A DNA stretch of 63,726 nucleotides, filler included, from Reticulomyxa filosa (GCA_000512085.1; 20 parts of 20 records of this genome joined end to end with filler, not necessarily neighbours in it), one strand, 5' to 3'. Numbered from the whole stretch's first letter, positions 1 to 12,630 are shown. The notes: generated by a model from the sequence alone, not told the origin. Translations and numbers: made by a program.

Positions 1-218
1 CTTCTTCTTCTTCTTCTTCTTCTTCTCTTTCTTCTTCTTCGTCAGACGTATCAAATGCCATCATTGGCTTTACTGTTCATCCAAAAGTTTTTACATAGAA
101 AATGATTTGTAAATGTATACATTTTTTCCTCCCCCCCCCCCAAAAAAAAATGAATGAGTACGTATACGTGTGTTGCCCAAACGCTTATGTCACGTAATTG
201 TATGAGAGTTGTATAACA

Positions 219-668
219 CTACACAAAAGGGCAGAAAAGAAAACCTGGCAAAGCACGACTCAATCCAGTCACTTTAAGTTTTTTTGATTTTTTTGGTGGC
301 GCGGACACATTTCTTTGTTTGCTGTTGGCAATGTTTTGCTTCGAATGTGTATCGTCCTCCATTGCGTTATTCATGCTTTGATCCGTGCTCGTGTTTATGT
401 TAATGTTACGTCCACCTGCGTTATATGGCCTCTTCGGCGGGGGTTTGCTTCTTTTGTTTCGATCACCCAGGTTGGAGGGGGAAGGGGCTTCTCGTTGTGG
501 GGGCAAAGGCGGCAATGGCGAGGAATGCGTTTTTTGTGCGCTTCCATAGTGATTGGCCAAATCATCCGAAGAAACCAAGTGGTTTGATCCCACTATTGAC
601 ACACCACTTGTTTTTGAGTTCTTCTTATGGTGGTGGAAATGCTCTTCCAGTTTCTTGTTTGACGCCAA
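219..668 (-). CDS. Hypothetical low-complexity Pro/His/Lys-rich protein exon (or pseudogene)
   Basis: Open frame of about 150 codons with poly-Pro motifs (PLPPLPP, PPPKRP). No ATG in the open stretch 5' end: an in-frame TAA separates it from an upstream ATG (MINCNN*LAS). Confidence 0.4.
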   Translation of the reverse strand: MASNKKLEEHFHHHKKNSKTSGVSIVGSNHLVSSDDLANHYGSAQKTHSSPLPPLPPQREAPSPSNLGDRNKRSKPPPKRPYNAGGRNININTSTDQSMNNAMEDDTHSKQNIANSKQRNVSAPPKKSKKLKVTGLSRALPGFLFCPFV

Positions 669-2092
669 TTAGTTGTTACAATTGATCATTCATTGTTGTC
701 ATTTTTCCAAGCACACAATGCAGACATCGTTTACAATATGCAATGTACACAAATTTTTAAGAGGTGGGGTCGAAAGACAAACAACCAAACAAACAAATTG
801 GAATTCATCCACAAAAATCCTCACTGTATTATTTATTATTTTCAGACACCAAATCTGGAAGTACCAACAAAGAATAACGAACGATTCAGCTCTATGTCAA
901 TTGATTACAACAAGTGAAAGAAAGGTTTCATCCTACAGTCCAAGATATTATATCTATTTACTGCTTAAATTTATCCACTAGAAAGTACTGGCACAAAAAT
1001 GCCTGATTTTTATTTCTCTTGATTATTTGTCTCCAAAAAGTTTGCTTTCACTATCCAATATATTCCTGTTCTGTTTTTTCTTAAACTGCATATATATTCA
1101 TTGTTTTACTACTCCGAAATTTGGAGTACTTTTTGTTTCTGTCAAATTTACAACTGAAGTAACGTGACAAAGAACTGGCAAAAAAGGATTCAAATAAGTC
1201 ATTTAAAACTACCACAAAAACGCAGTTGTGAGCCTTTTGCATTCTTACAATAATTGCACGTCTTTAGTCCATGTACACTCTTTTTCAGTCTGCTTGAGCT
1301 CACTAGCCAACATTCATTGTGTCACTGAAGTAAACTGTCAACACCAAAAAGTGGTGTTGTTAACAACTTAAAAAAAAGGTTTTTACATTTTTGAAGAGTT
1401 TTTCAAAAAAGTATTGACATATGCAAAAATTTCAAGTGATGCACAACAAACTTGCGCTTCATTCTCGCAAGACCACAAAATTATGACTCAAACAAACACT
1501 TAAGCTTGGTCTTGATGAAAAAAATATATGCTAATTTACAATCAAGTATCTTACTTTTTTCCGGTTTTTATTTTAATTTTTTGGAGAAAGGCAGCAACTA
1601 TGTGGATCGTTACCGTTTATGAGCGTTGATCTTGACTTGCTGTTCAATGCAACACTATTTCAAAATGTAGAAAGGAAAGACAAAGAAAAAGAAACCCAAA
1701 CATTGCGCACGTGTCAACTCAAACACCATTGACCAAATTTTACAATTCAGTCAAAAAGAAAAAAAAAATTTTTTTGCGCCCTTTCTCAAGAAAAAAATAG
1801 ATATCTCCTTTACTAAAAACACAGCCACTTTTAGGTGTCATTTCGACCCTTATCTTTTTTTTTGGTAGTTCCAAAAAAAAAAAGACGTATAAACAAAAAA
1901 CTTTTTCCAAGCCGAATTCTTAATTTTTTTTTTTGGGGGGGGAGCGTAGAAGAAAAAAAAGGTTTTTTTAGAAGTTTGTTTCATATTAAGGGAGTTTGTT
2001 TTTTTTTTTTTTGCAAATGCATGTTTGCACGGTAAGCCAACCTTCTCTACCTTCTTGTGTTCTTGAATTCTCTGGAAAATAGTGCTTACTTT

Positions 2093-3003
2093 TTACAAAA
2101 TGGCACAACATCCACCGCGTTCGTGTGCTTGTAAGTAATCAGCGGTGGTGTTATGCCCAGCTTTTCTGGCATAATTGGCTGCAGTGTAACCCATGTTGTC
2201 AGATTCAATGACACTGACACCCAGTTCTTCGACAAGTTTTTTGCATGTTTCCAAGTCTCCTCGAGCAGCACAGCAATGCAAAAATGTGCGGTTGGTTGTT
2301 CTACCTTTTTTGATGGCGTCACAGTGATATTCAAATATCAGTTGATACGCAATGTCAAAATATTTATTATCATCTTTGCTCACAAAGTCCAAACAATAAC
2401 TCAGTGGTGTTCGACTTTGTTTGTCTTCACCATTTGTGTCTGCCTTGCTTTTTATTAACAATTCTAAAATTTCTTTGTTGCCTTTCATTTGGATATATAT
2501 ACACATATATGTAGATGTATATTTATTTATTGATACATATGTATATATACATAAAGATGAGGGGACAAAAAAAAAAAAAGGGGATTATGACCGCATATGC
2601 ACACACACACACACAAATGTTAGGAACCGTTTTCGGCAGCGTCCATCAAAGGTGTCCTTCCAAGTTTGTCTCCTTGGTTTACATGCGCCCCTTTTTGCAA
2701 TAGCAGTTTAACACAGTCTATATGCTCGTTGCTCACTGCTTGCAGTAGGGCTGTTGCATGTCCAAAAGAGGTTTTTGCATTTACTTCTGGATCAAATTCC
2801 AACAGCACTTCCACAATCTCTGCGTAGCCTTTCGTGCTTGCTAATATAAGCGGTGTTACTTCTTCAAGCGTTTGTCGAAACTGTACCCCGACATTTGCTC
2901 CTTTTTTTAATGCTTTCCTTACTTCCTCGGGATTGTTGTTTTTGCAAGCTTCGATCAAGTCACTGTCAATTTGACTCAAAGGTTCATTACCTCCGCTCGC
3001 CAT
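2093..3003 (-). CDS. Ankyrin-repeat protein with C-terminal CaaX (GGCCAIL)
   Basis: Two exons (3003-2628 and 2481-2093) joined by a GT-AG intron at 2627-2482 that keeps frame (G+GC=Gly). Ankyrin motifs TPLILA, TALLQAV, GRTPLMDAA, RTPLSY, TFLHCCA, GYTAANYA. Confidence 0.92.
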
Positions 3004-3495
3004 GCCTTCTGAGTATTGGTTTTTTCTTTTATTTGCGTCTGCCCCTCTTCTCCACTGACCAGACAAAAAAACTAGACCTGAACAGCATTTTTTTGCAGTT
3101 ACGTAAATGTAATAGTTTTACAAAATAATAATCAACCACAAAGTTATTTAAAATTACGTGATTTGAATGATAGCCCATTCAAGATGTTGAAAGCTGGTCT
3201 CCCATTGTTATTTTTAGGAACTCTAATCCTTACATATTATAGTAGAACGCAAAAAAGCTGAGATAAAATCACAATATAAAGATAATTTATTTCTGCATGA
3301 AAAATCAACATTAATTAAAATATTTTCAAAAATATCAATAAGTTGTAGTTCAAATGTGGTAATATTTATCTAATACTTCAGAGGCATCATATTAAGCTTT
3401 AAAAAATTGAAGTGACGTTTTACAGTGCAAAAAGCGGTGCTAGGTAATATCCAATACCTTTTTCCTATATCAACTTTGCAAATCCTTGTATAAAC

Positions 3496-3831
3496 ATGAC
3501 CGAAATTGACGAAAAAACTGAAAAAGAGGCAGAGGTAAGACAAAAGAGTTACATGAGTTCGTTTTTTCAAAGTACTTGCTTGTCTTTGTACAGACACCTT
3601 TTGAGCCTGTTTACTGGGGCCAAAGACACGAAGTTCAGCATTTTTTTTCTCTTATATCAACGAGTTTTTTTTCTAGCGATTAGAATAAACTTTTTTTTTT
3701 AACAGCAAGAACAAGGAGGGTTCTGTTCATGCGATTTTGGTTCGTGGCTTAAATGGATTGAAGATATCTTTGAGAAGTGGTTCCCTTGTCTGAAGAGGCA
3801 ATCAGACAACTCAGAGGTGTGTACCATGTAA
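3496..3831 (+). CDS. Putative 67-aa three-exon microprotein
   Basis: Exons 3496-3534, 3594-3632 and 3706-3831, with phase-0 introns GTAAGA..TACAG and GTTCAG..AACAG. Product: MTEIDEKTEKEAE-TPFEPVYWGQRHE-QEQGGFCSCDFGSWLKWIEDIFEKWFPCLKRQSDNSEVCTM*. Confidence 0.55.
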
Positions 3832-4239
3832 CTTCGACCGATAAAAGGGAGAGGGAAAGAGAGGGCTGCAGTAGCGAGAGCAAATGCAATAGAGGATGTA
3901 CTGGTTCAAAATTGTTCTCTTTTTTTTGTATCCAACAAGCTAAAACCAAAATTTGCGTTTTTTTTTTTTTTTTTTTAGAAAATGCCAAAAAAAAACCTTA
4001 AAAGGGGGTCCTAATGCAATTATTAAAAAAATTATTCTTTTATGGAAAAAAGTTTGTTAAATTAAAAATATACGTATACTTCATTTAATTGTTATTGTTA
4101 TAATTTATTTTATAATTTCCTTTTTACACAATTTTATTGAGGTTTAATATGAACCTTAAAAGTCGGAATGCACATGGCAGGACCCCTTTCATGTGTTGCA
4201 CGAAACAAATGAGAAACAACACATTTGATAAAACATAGG

Positions 4240-4427
4240 AAGAAAAACCACCACCAAAGCGTTTGTTATATGCCGGAAAATCGTGGGCAAAGGATGGCTT
4301 TGCCAGACGCGCTCATTTGGAGGATGAAGAAGAAGATACCGTATTTTGCTCAAATTACATTTCGACCACCAAATATACTGTTGTTACTTTTTTGCCTTTA
4401 AATTTGTTTGAACAGTTCCAAAAAAAA
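4240..4427 (+). CDS. P4-type phospholipid-flippase ATPase, N-terminal exon (truncated by spacer)
   Basis: FCSNYISTTKYTVVTFLPLNLFEQFQK is the conserved P4-ATPase N-terminal motif (NxIxTxKYxxxTFLPxNLFEQF). Preceded by a CATAG acceptor and followed by a GT donor. Confidence 0.9.
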
Positions 4428-4536
4428 GTTTTGTCCATTGATTTATATATATGTATGTATATATAGATGCAAATATATATACATGTATATAAATATATAA
4501 ATTTTTTTTTATGACGCGCTTTTTTTTTTTTTTTTT

Positions 4537-4636
4537 NNNNNNNNNNNNNNNNNNNNNNNNNNNNNNNNNNNNNNNNNNNNTTAATTAATTAANNNNNNNN
4601 NNNNNNNNNNNNNNNNNNNNNNNNNNNNNNNNNNNN
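4537..4636. other. Artificial contig spacer (44 N + TTAATTAATTAA + 44 N), first of 19
   Basis: The same 100-bp six-frame-stop linker also starts at 8366, 10607, 18275, 21828, 23979, 29254, 30444, 31677, 37630, 39747, 44136, 47053, 48632, 52724, 54381, 55586, 61106 and 62531. Confidence 0.99.
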
Positions 4637-5212
4637 TTTTTTTTTTTCCTTCTTCTTTCTTTTCTTTTTCTTATTTTTTTGACCTCCACCACCTACTCCT
4701 TCTCCCTTTTTTCCTACCCTCTCCTTGCCACGGTGAACAAATACAGACAAATTTTTGATTGCACGCAAATGTCTCGACAAACATTTATACTATTGTTTTG
4801 TGTGTTCTAAACAATTAAACCCAAAAAAAATACAATAAGACCTACTTCTCTGCTTCTTCAAGGCAAGAGAAGCCACTTTGTGGATGTCACGTTTGCGTCA
4901 CTGTTAAAAATAAACCATTTTTAAGTGTTTCATGAACAGCAATAATTCATTTTACAGACGCATTGCTCCAGTCTTTTTTGGACAGCTTTCTTTTCAAAAA
5001 AAAGCATTTGTTTTTTTTTTCTTCTCCTGGAACGAGATTGACTGACAAATTGTTGAGTGTTTTAAAAGAAAAAAGCTTGCAAGGAAAAAAAGGATGCAAA
5101 AGACTAAGAAGACTTGAAATGTAGAGCTGATGGAGATAAGTATAAAAAAAAAAAGATCTTTTACACCAATGAATTAACCCAAAGCTTTTGAAAGACAAAG
5201 AAAACAACGTGT

Positions 5213-6980
5213 TTAATAATCTGTAATTGGGGTTCGAACAACGTTGTGATAGTAAGTGGCATTGCTTGCAGACATTATTGTAGTATATCTGAGAGAGGAT
5301 AGAGGGGGAGGGGGAGGGGGAAGAAAAAAAAATTATACATGTGTACATATAGTATGACAACAGCAAAACACACACCAAGTGTCAAACTTGTGACGATTAA
5401 AAAAAACATAAAGCAAAATTTACTTAACACAGTGTTATTATTGTATACAGGATGGACGGACAACACATCAAATAAGGTGACATAAGTCAAATTGGACTGG
5501 CCAGTTTCATCCATTGCCTTCACAGCAGGATCTAATCTGTCATCATTAGGAGGTGGAGGCAGCCAATGCTATTATGTCGAATAGTGTTCCAATGATGCAA
5601 AAAAAAAAAAAAAAAAAAGCATGTTTTATTTCAATCGTGCGAACATTCACAATAAAATTTAAAAAAAACCAAAACAAAACATCATAATTAGTTTCGACCA
5701 AATACCATCCATAGTTGCTGTCTGCCAATTTCCAGACATCAACAGCTTCACTTTGATTTCGAGTAACAACTGCTCCTTGAGGATAAATCAATCCGCCCAA
5801 AATGTAGTAGACCTTATTTGTTCATTGGGCAAGACCCATTCAAAAGGTTGTATACATACATAATAAATAAATATATGTAAACACAATATACACACACACA
5901 CACACACAATAACACTATCGACATACTGGCGCATCAATGTGAGTGGTAATGAGCATGTTCAAAGCTTCATCATAATCCGTTGCATTCGTCAACACGTCTC
6001 TCATCAACCATCCAGTGGGTCTCCAATCTTCATAAATTTTCTCCAAATTTTCAATCAAGCTGCCTTGGTCTCTTTCGTCCCCTTTTTTATTTTTTTTAAT
6101 TTGGTCACTCGTCTCCTCCTCTTTTTTTTTTTTTTTATTTAAAAAAAAGGGGGAGGTGGAAATGTTACCGCTTAAGCTAAATTGCATAGGCTTGAAACCG
6201 GTCCACATGCCCAAATAGCCAAAAAAGCTCGTTCCAAAGTATATCGTGTTATTGTTGCCATCAGTAAACCTAGCTGCAAATGTGTCGTTTCGCAACACTG
6301 GAAGGCCATAATCCAAATTGCGGCCATGAATTATCGTCCCTTTTTTTTTTTTAAAAAAAAAAAAAAGAACAAAACGGGAACATTCTCTTTTTTTTTTTTT
6401 TTTTTAAAATGAAAAAAAAAAAATTATATGTGTATACACACATATAATAACAAACCATCTTCATTCTCTGCAACAATGGAAGTGCAGTGAGCAGTGACGT
6501 CGTACAATAAATTGAGCATCATAACATCACCTTGAGGAATACCAGTACATTCACTGAAATACTCTATTTCCGATTTGTATGGCTCAAATACTCGGCTTTC
6601 TAAGTACTTTTTGCAAAAGGGGAGGAAAAAAAAAAAGATTTAAGAAAGTTGATTGGGCATAATTCGAGTTATTTAACAACCCCTATTTTTATGCAATTGC
6701 TCAAGGTTGTTATCAAGATTTAATACAAAAACATAGAAAGGTCCGACAAAACGTCATTGCCAAGAGTGGTGAGCACTGAAACCTCGGGTGCCGTCAAGCC
6801 TCCAAAAATTTGTTGATACAACTGAATTGCAAAGTCCTTCTTGTCTTCGCATACTGGAGCCCAGCGGACATTTGCGGGCTGGCTCATGTCAATCTCATAA
6901 AAATCGGGGATAAAATCACCATAGCTGATCCAAGCGGTCAATGCCACCGCAAGGGATTTCAAACTTAAAGATATCGACAT
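5213..6980 (-). CDS. Acid ceramidase / N-acylethanolamine acid amidase (Ntn hydrolase), multi-exon
   Basis: Signal peptide, then P..RW, catalytic HCTSIVAENEDG, HGRNLDY, GYLGMWTGFKP.FSLS, ER..G, WLMRDVL..AT.Y.EA, YYILGG..GAVVTR, LVETNYD, DDR, and a last exon YTTIMSAS...TDY* (TAA 5215-5213). Confidence 0.93.
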
Positions 6981-8504
6981 AATACTCCTTTTGCAAATAA
7001 GAAATTCCCTTAAAAAACCTTAGCACGTGGTCTTCTTTTGTGTAATACTAGACTTGATAGCAATACTTAGTTCTTAACATACTGATTAATTTTTTTTCAA
7101 TGTGCACACATGAAATACAGAATTAATTTTCTTAATAGTGCAATTAAATCATACAATCGAGACACAGCACTAAAAAAAGTTTTGTTTGTTGGCAAAAAAA
7201 CTTGGAAATTAGTCCAACTACGTGATTGACATTGATCTTACTCTGTGGCAAGATCCAAAGTTTATTTTGAATCCCATTGCGATGAATCAAAATGACGTGA
7301 AAGCAGAAGAAGCTACAGACACGCTTATGACAGTCTGTTTGAAAGAATATGACAACAATCTTAAAGTTTTCTTCCTCAGTGAAATTCTGACAGAAGTAAC
7401 TTCATAAAAACTTAGTAATAACGCACAAACAATAATCACATTTACTTCTTCTGTTGTCTGGAATGGGAAAAAACGTTAAAAATTCTTCTTAATGTAAAAA
7501 CTGAAACTTGTTCTTTGTCTTGAATAAATTGTCAATACTCCAAAACAGTTTAAACAAGTTACTTCTATTCGATGTTCACAGAACATACCACACAAAGACG
7601 CTATTAGAATAGCATAATCTGAAATTTGAATACAATGGTTTGAAGAAAAATCTCGAAACTAAATATATTCATTCAATCATTTTTTATAATTTTTGACAAA
7701 GACATTTTATTTATTTGGTTTTCTTTTGTGGGAGTATGCCGATGAAATAATACTAAATGTAATACGAAAGGTTAATTAGCTCTTCTGAGCAAGTATCAAC
7801 GAAAACAGATTAAATAAAGAAAAGGAAAACAAATGGGTGTAAATGAGTACACCGAAACATCAGATTAAAAACGAGAAAAGAAAAGACTGGTGAGTGAAAA
7901 GTGTTAGGAAAAGTTTAACCCACCGGGGGCTCATCAGCCCCTTTAATAGTTCTATCTATATAGCAGGAGATTCTCCTCATTTTATAATTTTATTATGTTC
8001 AGTGAAAATCGTAATACCTTATATTTAAACAGAAACAGTTTATTTTGTGTTAATTTCTGAAACAGCGAAAACTTAAAATATTCAATCATCAAAAGTAAGA
8101 TTTTGTTACTCGATCGATATATGTTTTTTTTGGTATAAATAAATGAATAAAAAAAGTTTGAACGTAGTCTGTCCAAAAAAGACAGTTTAAGGGGGGACTC
8201 AAAAGTTAAAATGTTTTTCTTGTGAAAAGTTAATGAAAGAATGAGCACTACAAAAAAAAAAAAGACTACATCATCTTTGGTAAGTTTTCTTCCTTGAATT
8301 AGAGCAAGATGTACTAAGACAACTTAACAAAAAAAAAAAGTCAGAAAAAACGGTAAAGAAAATAANNNNNNNNNNNNNNNNNNNNNNNNNNNNNNNNNNN
8401 NNNNNNNNNTTAATTAATTAANNNNNNNNNNNNNNNNNNNNNNNNNNNNNNNNNNNNNNNNNNNNGGCTCATTCAAAAAAAAAAAAGGGGGAAGATGCTC
8501 ACAC

Positions 8505-8979
8505 CTGGGGCACCCGATAGCCACATAATACATTTTGGAAAAACCATGTTTTCCAGCTTTTTTTCTTGAACGAGCCCATCGAAAACCAGATCGAATAATA
8601 TCATTGCTTGGTTGGCTTCACTAGTTGAACTCGACGATGACAACGGAGATGGTAAAGAGGATGACAAGTCGCCAATGTCTTCTTCGCTCAATATCTTTTG
8701 CTGCATCTTGCCACTCAACTCTTGGTCCACTTCGTGCTCATTGCTCTCTGGCTCACCCAAGCCCAGGTCCTTTTCAAAGTCAATTTCACCGCGCGGGTTT
8801 ATCAACAACATTGGATTTTTACGCGGGCTCGCTGTCGACATACAGCGACGTTCTGAAAACTGTACCACGTTACAACTCATACATCTTGCTGTTCTTCTTG
8901 ATTGAAAAACCAAATTCCTCCGAAACGCCGAAAGTGCATTACTTTTTTGTATGTTTTTCAGTTTTAATAATACAGTCAT
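8505..8979 (-). CDS. Adenylate/nucleoside-monophosphate kinase, 5' exon with putative mitochondrial transit peptide (truncated)
   Basis: Arg/Ser-rich, acid-poor N-terminus (MTVLLKLKNIQKSNALSAFRRNLVFQSRRTARC...). The exon ends ENMVFPKCIMWLSGAPG at a GT donor, which is the start of an AK P-loop (GAPGxGKGT). Confidence 0.75.
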
Positions 8980-9199
8980 TCCGTAAGAAACAATTCCTGC
9001 CGTTTTTAGGAATTTTTTTAGACTCGGGTCCTTTAAAAGTTTGACCAGACAACACTTTCGTGTTCTCGTATTGTACGATTTTATTGTGCGAAAAGTGTGC
9101 TCAATGAAAAAAAAAAATATAAACATATTTTTTTCTTCAATGTATCAAATTAACACGAAATTTTCTAGATCCAGAAAGCTAAAAAAAATTCCAATTTCT

Positions 9200-9272
9200 T
9201 ATCTGTGGCGGGACTCGAACCCGCAATCTTCTCCTTCGGAGGGAAACGCCTTATCCATTAGGCCACACAGAC
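9200..9272 (-). tRNA. tRNA-Arg(CCG)
   Basis: The reverse complement folds as a cloverleaf: acceptor GTCTGTG/CACAGAT, D-arm GCCT-AATGGATA-AGGC, anticodon arm TTTCC-CTCCGAA-GGAGA, T-arm GCGGG-TTCGAGT-CCCGC. No intron. Confidence 0.96.
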
Positions 9273-9987
9273 TCGCTTGTTTTTTTGATAGATATATTGT
9301 ATCAAAACCAATAGTGATATTAGTGCATATATCGCAACATTTCTTTTATGTGATAATTATAATTTTCTATTATTAGTTTATTAGTCGATTTATCACGGTC
9401 CAATTTTATTCCAATGCTTATTAATCAACGACCAAAGAGAAGATGAGCAGCAAAGGATATTTAAAAAGTTGGCAGGTGTATAGGTACTGGAGTTTTAGTT
9501 TTAATGTGACAAGTGATGCAATTGACCTTTCGATCAGTTCAGCCTTCCGCAGGCAAATTTCCTTTAGTCAAGCGTTTGAATCGCTATTTGAAATTGAAAA
9601 ATGTTATGAAATACTACTTCTCTGATGGAAAAAGGGAAAAGTCGTTGCAAAAAGAAACAAGGAAATAAAGCAATACACTTTGAACTTCAAACATAAAGTA
9701 GAGTAAGACAAAAATGAAGCTTAAAAAAACGAGAAGTTCAAAATAAAAAATCAGACATAGCGCAAATTGTCCATGTTTATTTATTAATTTTTTTTTTGTT
9801 GTTTTTTTTTTAACAAGAGGCTTCAAAAAAAAAAGCAACTTGCATGAAACACGACAAAATGTTGGAAGGTATGGCAATCGAAAACGAACTCTGGATAGCA
9901 AAGAAAAAAGGATGATTTTTGCATGAGAGAGATTGAGTCAATTTGTTTTTTACTTGTAGATTTTAATGGAAGAGGGGGCACAGGGCG

Positions 9988-10500
9988 TTACCAGCCGCCA
10001 CCTTTGGACCAATCTTTGTCAACCCTTTTCATTTTAGTGGACAAATACTGTTCAGGGTCTTGTTGATTCCAGTACCTTTGTTGTGACTATTGCACACATC
10101 AACAAAGACAATAAGCAAAATGCAATTAAAAAGTGGATTATTAAGCCTAAATATGAATAATACAGTCTGTATCATACATACATATACATATATATATATA
10201 TATAAATGTTTAATAATATACTTTTTCCCACTTATTCCAGCATCGAAAGCAATACCATGCTCCTTCTTGGTCATCCCCCTTGCCTAAGGACGGGTCCAGC
10301 CACCTCTGACACTCTGTGCACTTTACTTTTACAGCACATGAGCTGCAATAGAACAGTTCATTTTTTATTAGTCCGGTTTTTTCGTCCGTCAGCTTGTGGC
10401 AAGCCACGCATTTTTTTTGTCCTTCTGGCAACGTCTTTTTCTTTTTCTTTCTGCGTTTGGATGCTTTCTTTTGTTTTTCGTCGGATTTGTTTTGTTCATC
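9988..10500 (-). CDS. Cys-rich zinc-finger protein, 3' exons
   Basis: Four CxxC pairs (CVAC, CSSC, CTEC, CFRC) arranged as two treble-clef/LIM-like units. Probable last exon YWNQQDPEQYLSTKMKRVDKDWSKGGGW*; the splice phase needs a 1-nt homopolymer correction. Confidence 0.55.
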
Positions 10501-10789
10501 TTTCTATGTATGCATATACATTTATATGTGTATGTATATGTATGTACATCATTGTCATTTCATCATCATCATCATATACATATAACCTTTTTTTTTTTTT
10601 TTTTTGNNNNNNNNNNNNNNNNNNNNNNNNNNNNNNNNNNNNNNNNNNNNTTAATTAATTAANNNNNNNNNNNNNNNNNNNNNNNNNNNNNNNNNNNNNN
10701 NNNNNNAAAAAAAAAAAAAAAAATTTGTGAACAGTTTGTAAAGTGATTTTGGGTAATATGTGAAGTAAAAGTGAAGGCAAAGAAAGTGA

Positions 10790-12361
10790 AAAAGAGTGTG
10801 AAGACATTGCCGAGAAATTGATAGAGGAACTTCCTATTGTTTATCGTATCCCATATCATGTATCATTCCAAAATAGGGACAGTCCACAAGCGCAAAGTAT
10901 TGTCGGTTCATTTGGTCATGTGCAACGCACTCCGTTAAATAACAAAACAAAAGTGGATCAATTCACTTGGAGACCACAAGACGAAGTTTGGATCCAACGT
11001 CGTCTTCGTCACTCCAAACTCATATCCTTGAATAGTATGTCTTCAATCCCGATGCTGAGTACTATCACCCCTATTGCTACACCGTCGTCTCCAAATGATA
11101 TCCTTGCACAGTTTAATAAATATCAAGCAAAAAATAAATGTATATATTTATTTATATACGTATGTATTTAAAAAAAAAAAAAAAAAGAGACTTTAAGTTT
11201 TGTCCGAAATCGTTGACATTGAATGAAGCGACTCAGTGTGTAGTAATGACATATACACTGGAGCCCGCGGACTTGAACAGACTAAGTGAGTGGGATTTAG
11301 AGTTGAATGTATTTGATGTAGATGACACATCCAAGCGATATGAATTTGAAAACGTTGCTTTGGAAACGCAGAGTCGTGTCCTTGCACAAAATGGGGATAC
11401 CTGTTTTGCAGTGTGTTTGTGCCAAAGCAAGTTGGTGGATGGACAATTGGTAGAGGTTTGTGGGATGCTACGTCATCGCCATAACCCACTCCATACTTTC
11501 CCACTAGGTAACTCTTACGTTTCATTCGGACAAGTGCGCTTTCCACACATTCTCCCGCCGGTCGATCCAATTGTATTCACTGTACAATTCAACAAACAGA
11601 CTTCATTTGTCTCATTAGATAAAAGTGATTTGAAGGTTCATTTCACTAAACTTAAGACATATATCCTTTTATACATTTTTTTGACAAAAAAAAAAGGAGA
11701 GCAAGATTGACGGATAAAATAGAGTGAGTACTTGGCCTCTTTCTTTTCTTTTTTTTATATGTGTTTTTGCGTATTCACACGTTTATGCGCGTATTTAACG
11801 ATCAATGGAAATGAGATATTGTCTTTACAAAAAGCAATTATTGCCCGCTTCCATCTCCATGATGTAGAGCCGGAACAACTAAAACTAAAGTCAAAAACAC
11901 TTGATGGGCATGTCGTTCAAAAAAAATTGAATAAAGATCATTTGCTGGAGTCTTTCCTTGCCAAACAAGAAATCGTTTATGCAAAGATCAAATCTGATCT
12001 GCATCACAGTTTTGCAATATATTTTTTATATATTTTTAAAAAAAAAGGCCACCTTTTTCATTGGATTCATTCAATGTTGATCGTATTGTGTGAAATAACA
12101 AATGAAAAATCATCTCCAATAACAATCAGTCTTCGTTTTGGTCACAAAAATACCGAGATGATTTTAAACGATTGGCCCACTGAATTTAATGCCTTCAAAG
12201 AAGCAATTAAAAAAAAAGTTAATTCTCATGTACCTTTTGTCATTGAAATTGTCAATGGGAAATATGCTGGAAAAAGTCTTCAGACACAAAATGACTTGTT
12301 ATGTCTCCAGAAGGGAGACGGACTTGTCCAATTGAAAATTGTTCCTTCTTGCGTTATATAA
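10790..12361 (+). CDS. Hypothetical multi-exon protein; C-terminus resembles a PB1/beta-grasp domain
   Basis: Three overlapping long ORFs separated by AT-rich intron-like segments. No family recognised with confidence. Confidence 0.55.
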
Positions 12362-12630
12362 TTACTCCCCTTCTTTTCTTTTTCGATGTTCTTTTTTTTT
12401 AATACACGTCATCAAATGTAGATATTTTTATCAACTGTTGGACCATATACCATCTCATTACAAAGAAAAATTCTATTTGAACTTTTTTTTTTTGACAAAC
12501 TGCTCCTTGGGCACATGAAAGAAAATATAAGAAATTTCTTTACCAAAAAAAAAAACGAAATCAAAGGATTAAAGAAATTTCAACTGAAACGAAAAATCGC
12601 TCTCAGACATAAAAAAAACCCATAAAAAAA

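Noticed and set aside
7925-7980. Short hairpins GGGGCT-CATC-AGCCCC and AGGAGA-T-TCTCCT as terminators
   Set aside because: Eukaryotic context, and 6-bp stems are expected by chance in 64 kb.
9041-9376. 111-aa ORF containing LWRDSNPQSSPSEGNALSIRPH
   Set aside because: It is the antisense translation of the tRNA-Arg gene.
12340-12361. CaaX at the end of the 209-aa ORF (PSCVI*)
   Set aside because: The Cys is third from the end, not fourth, so it is not a CaaX box.
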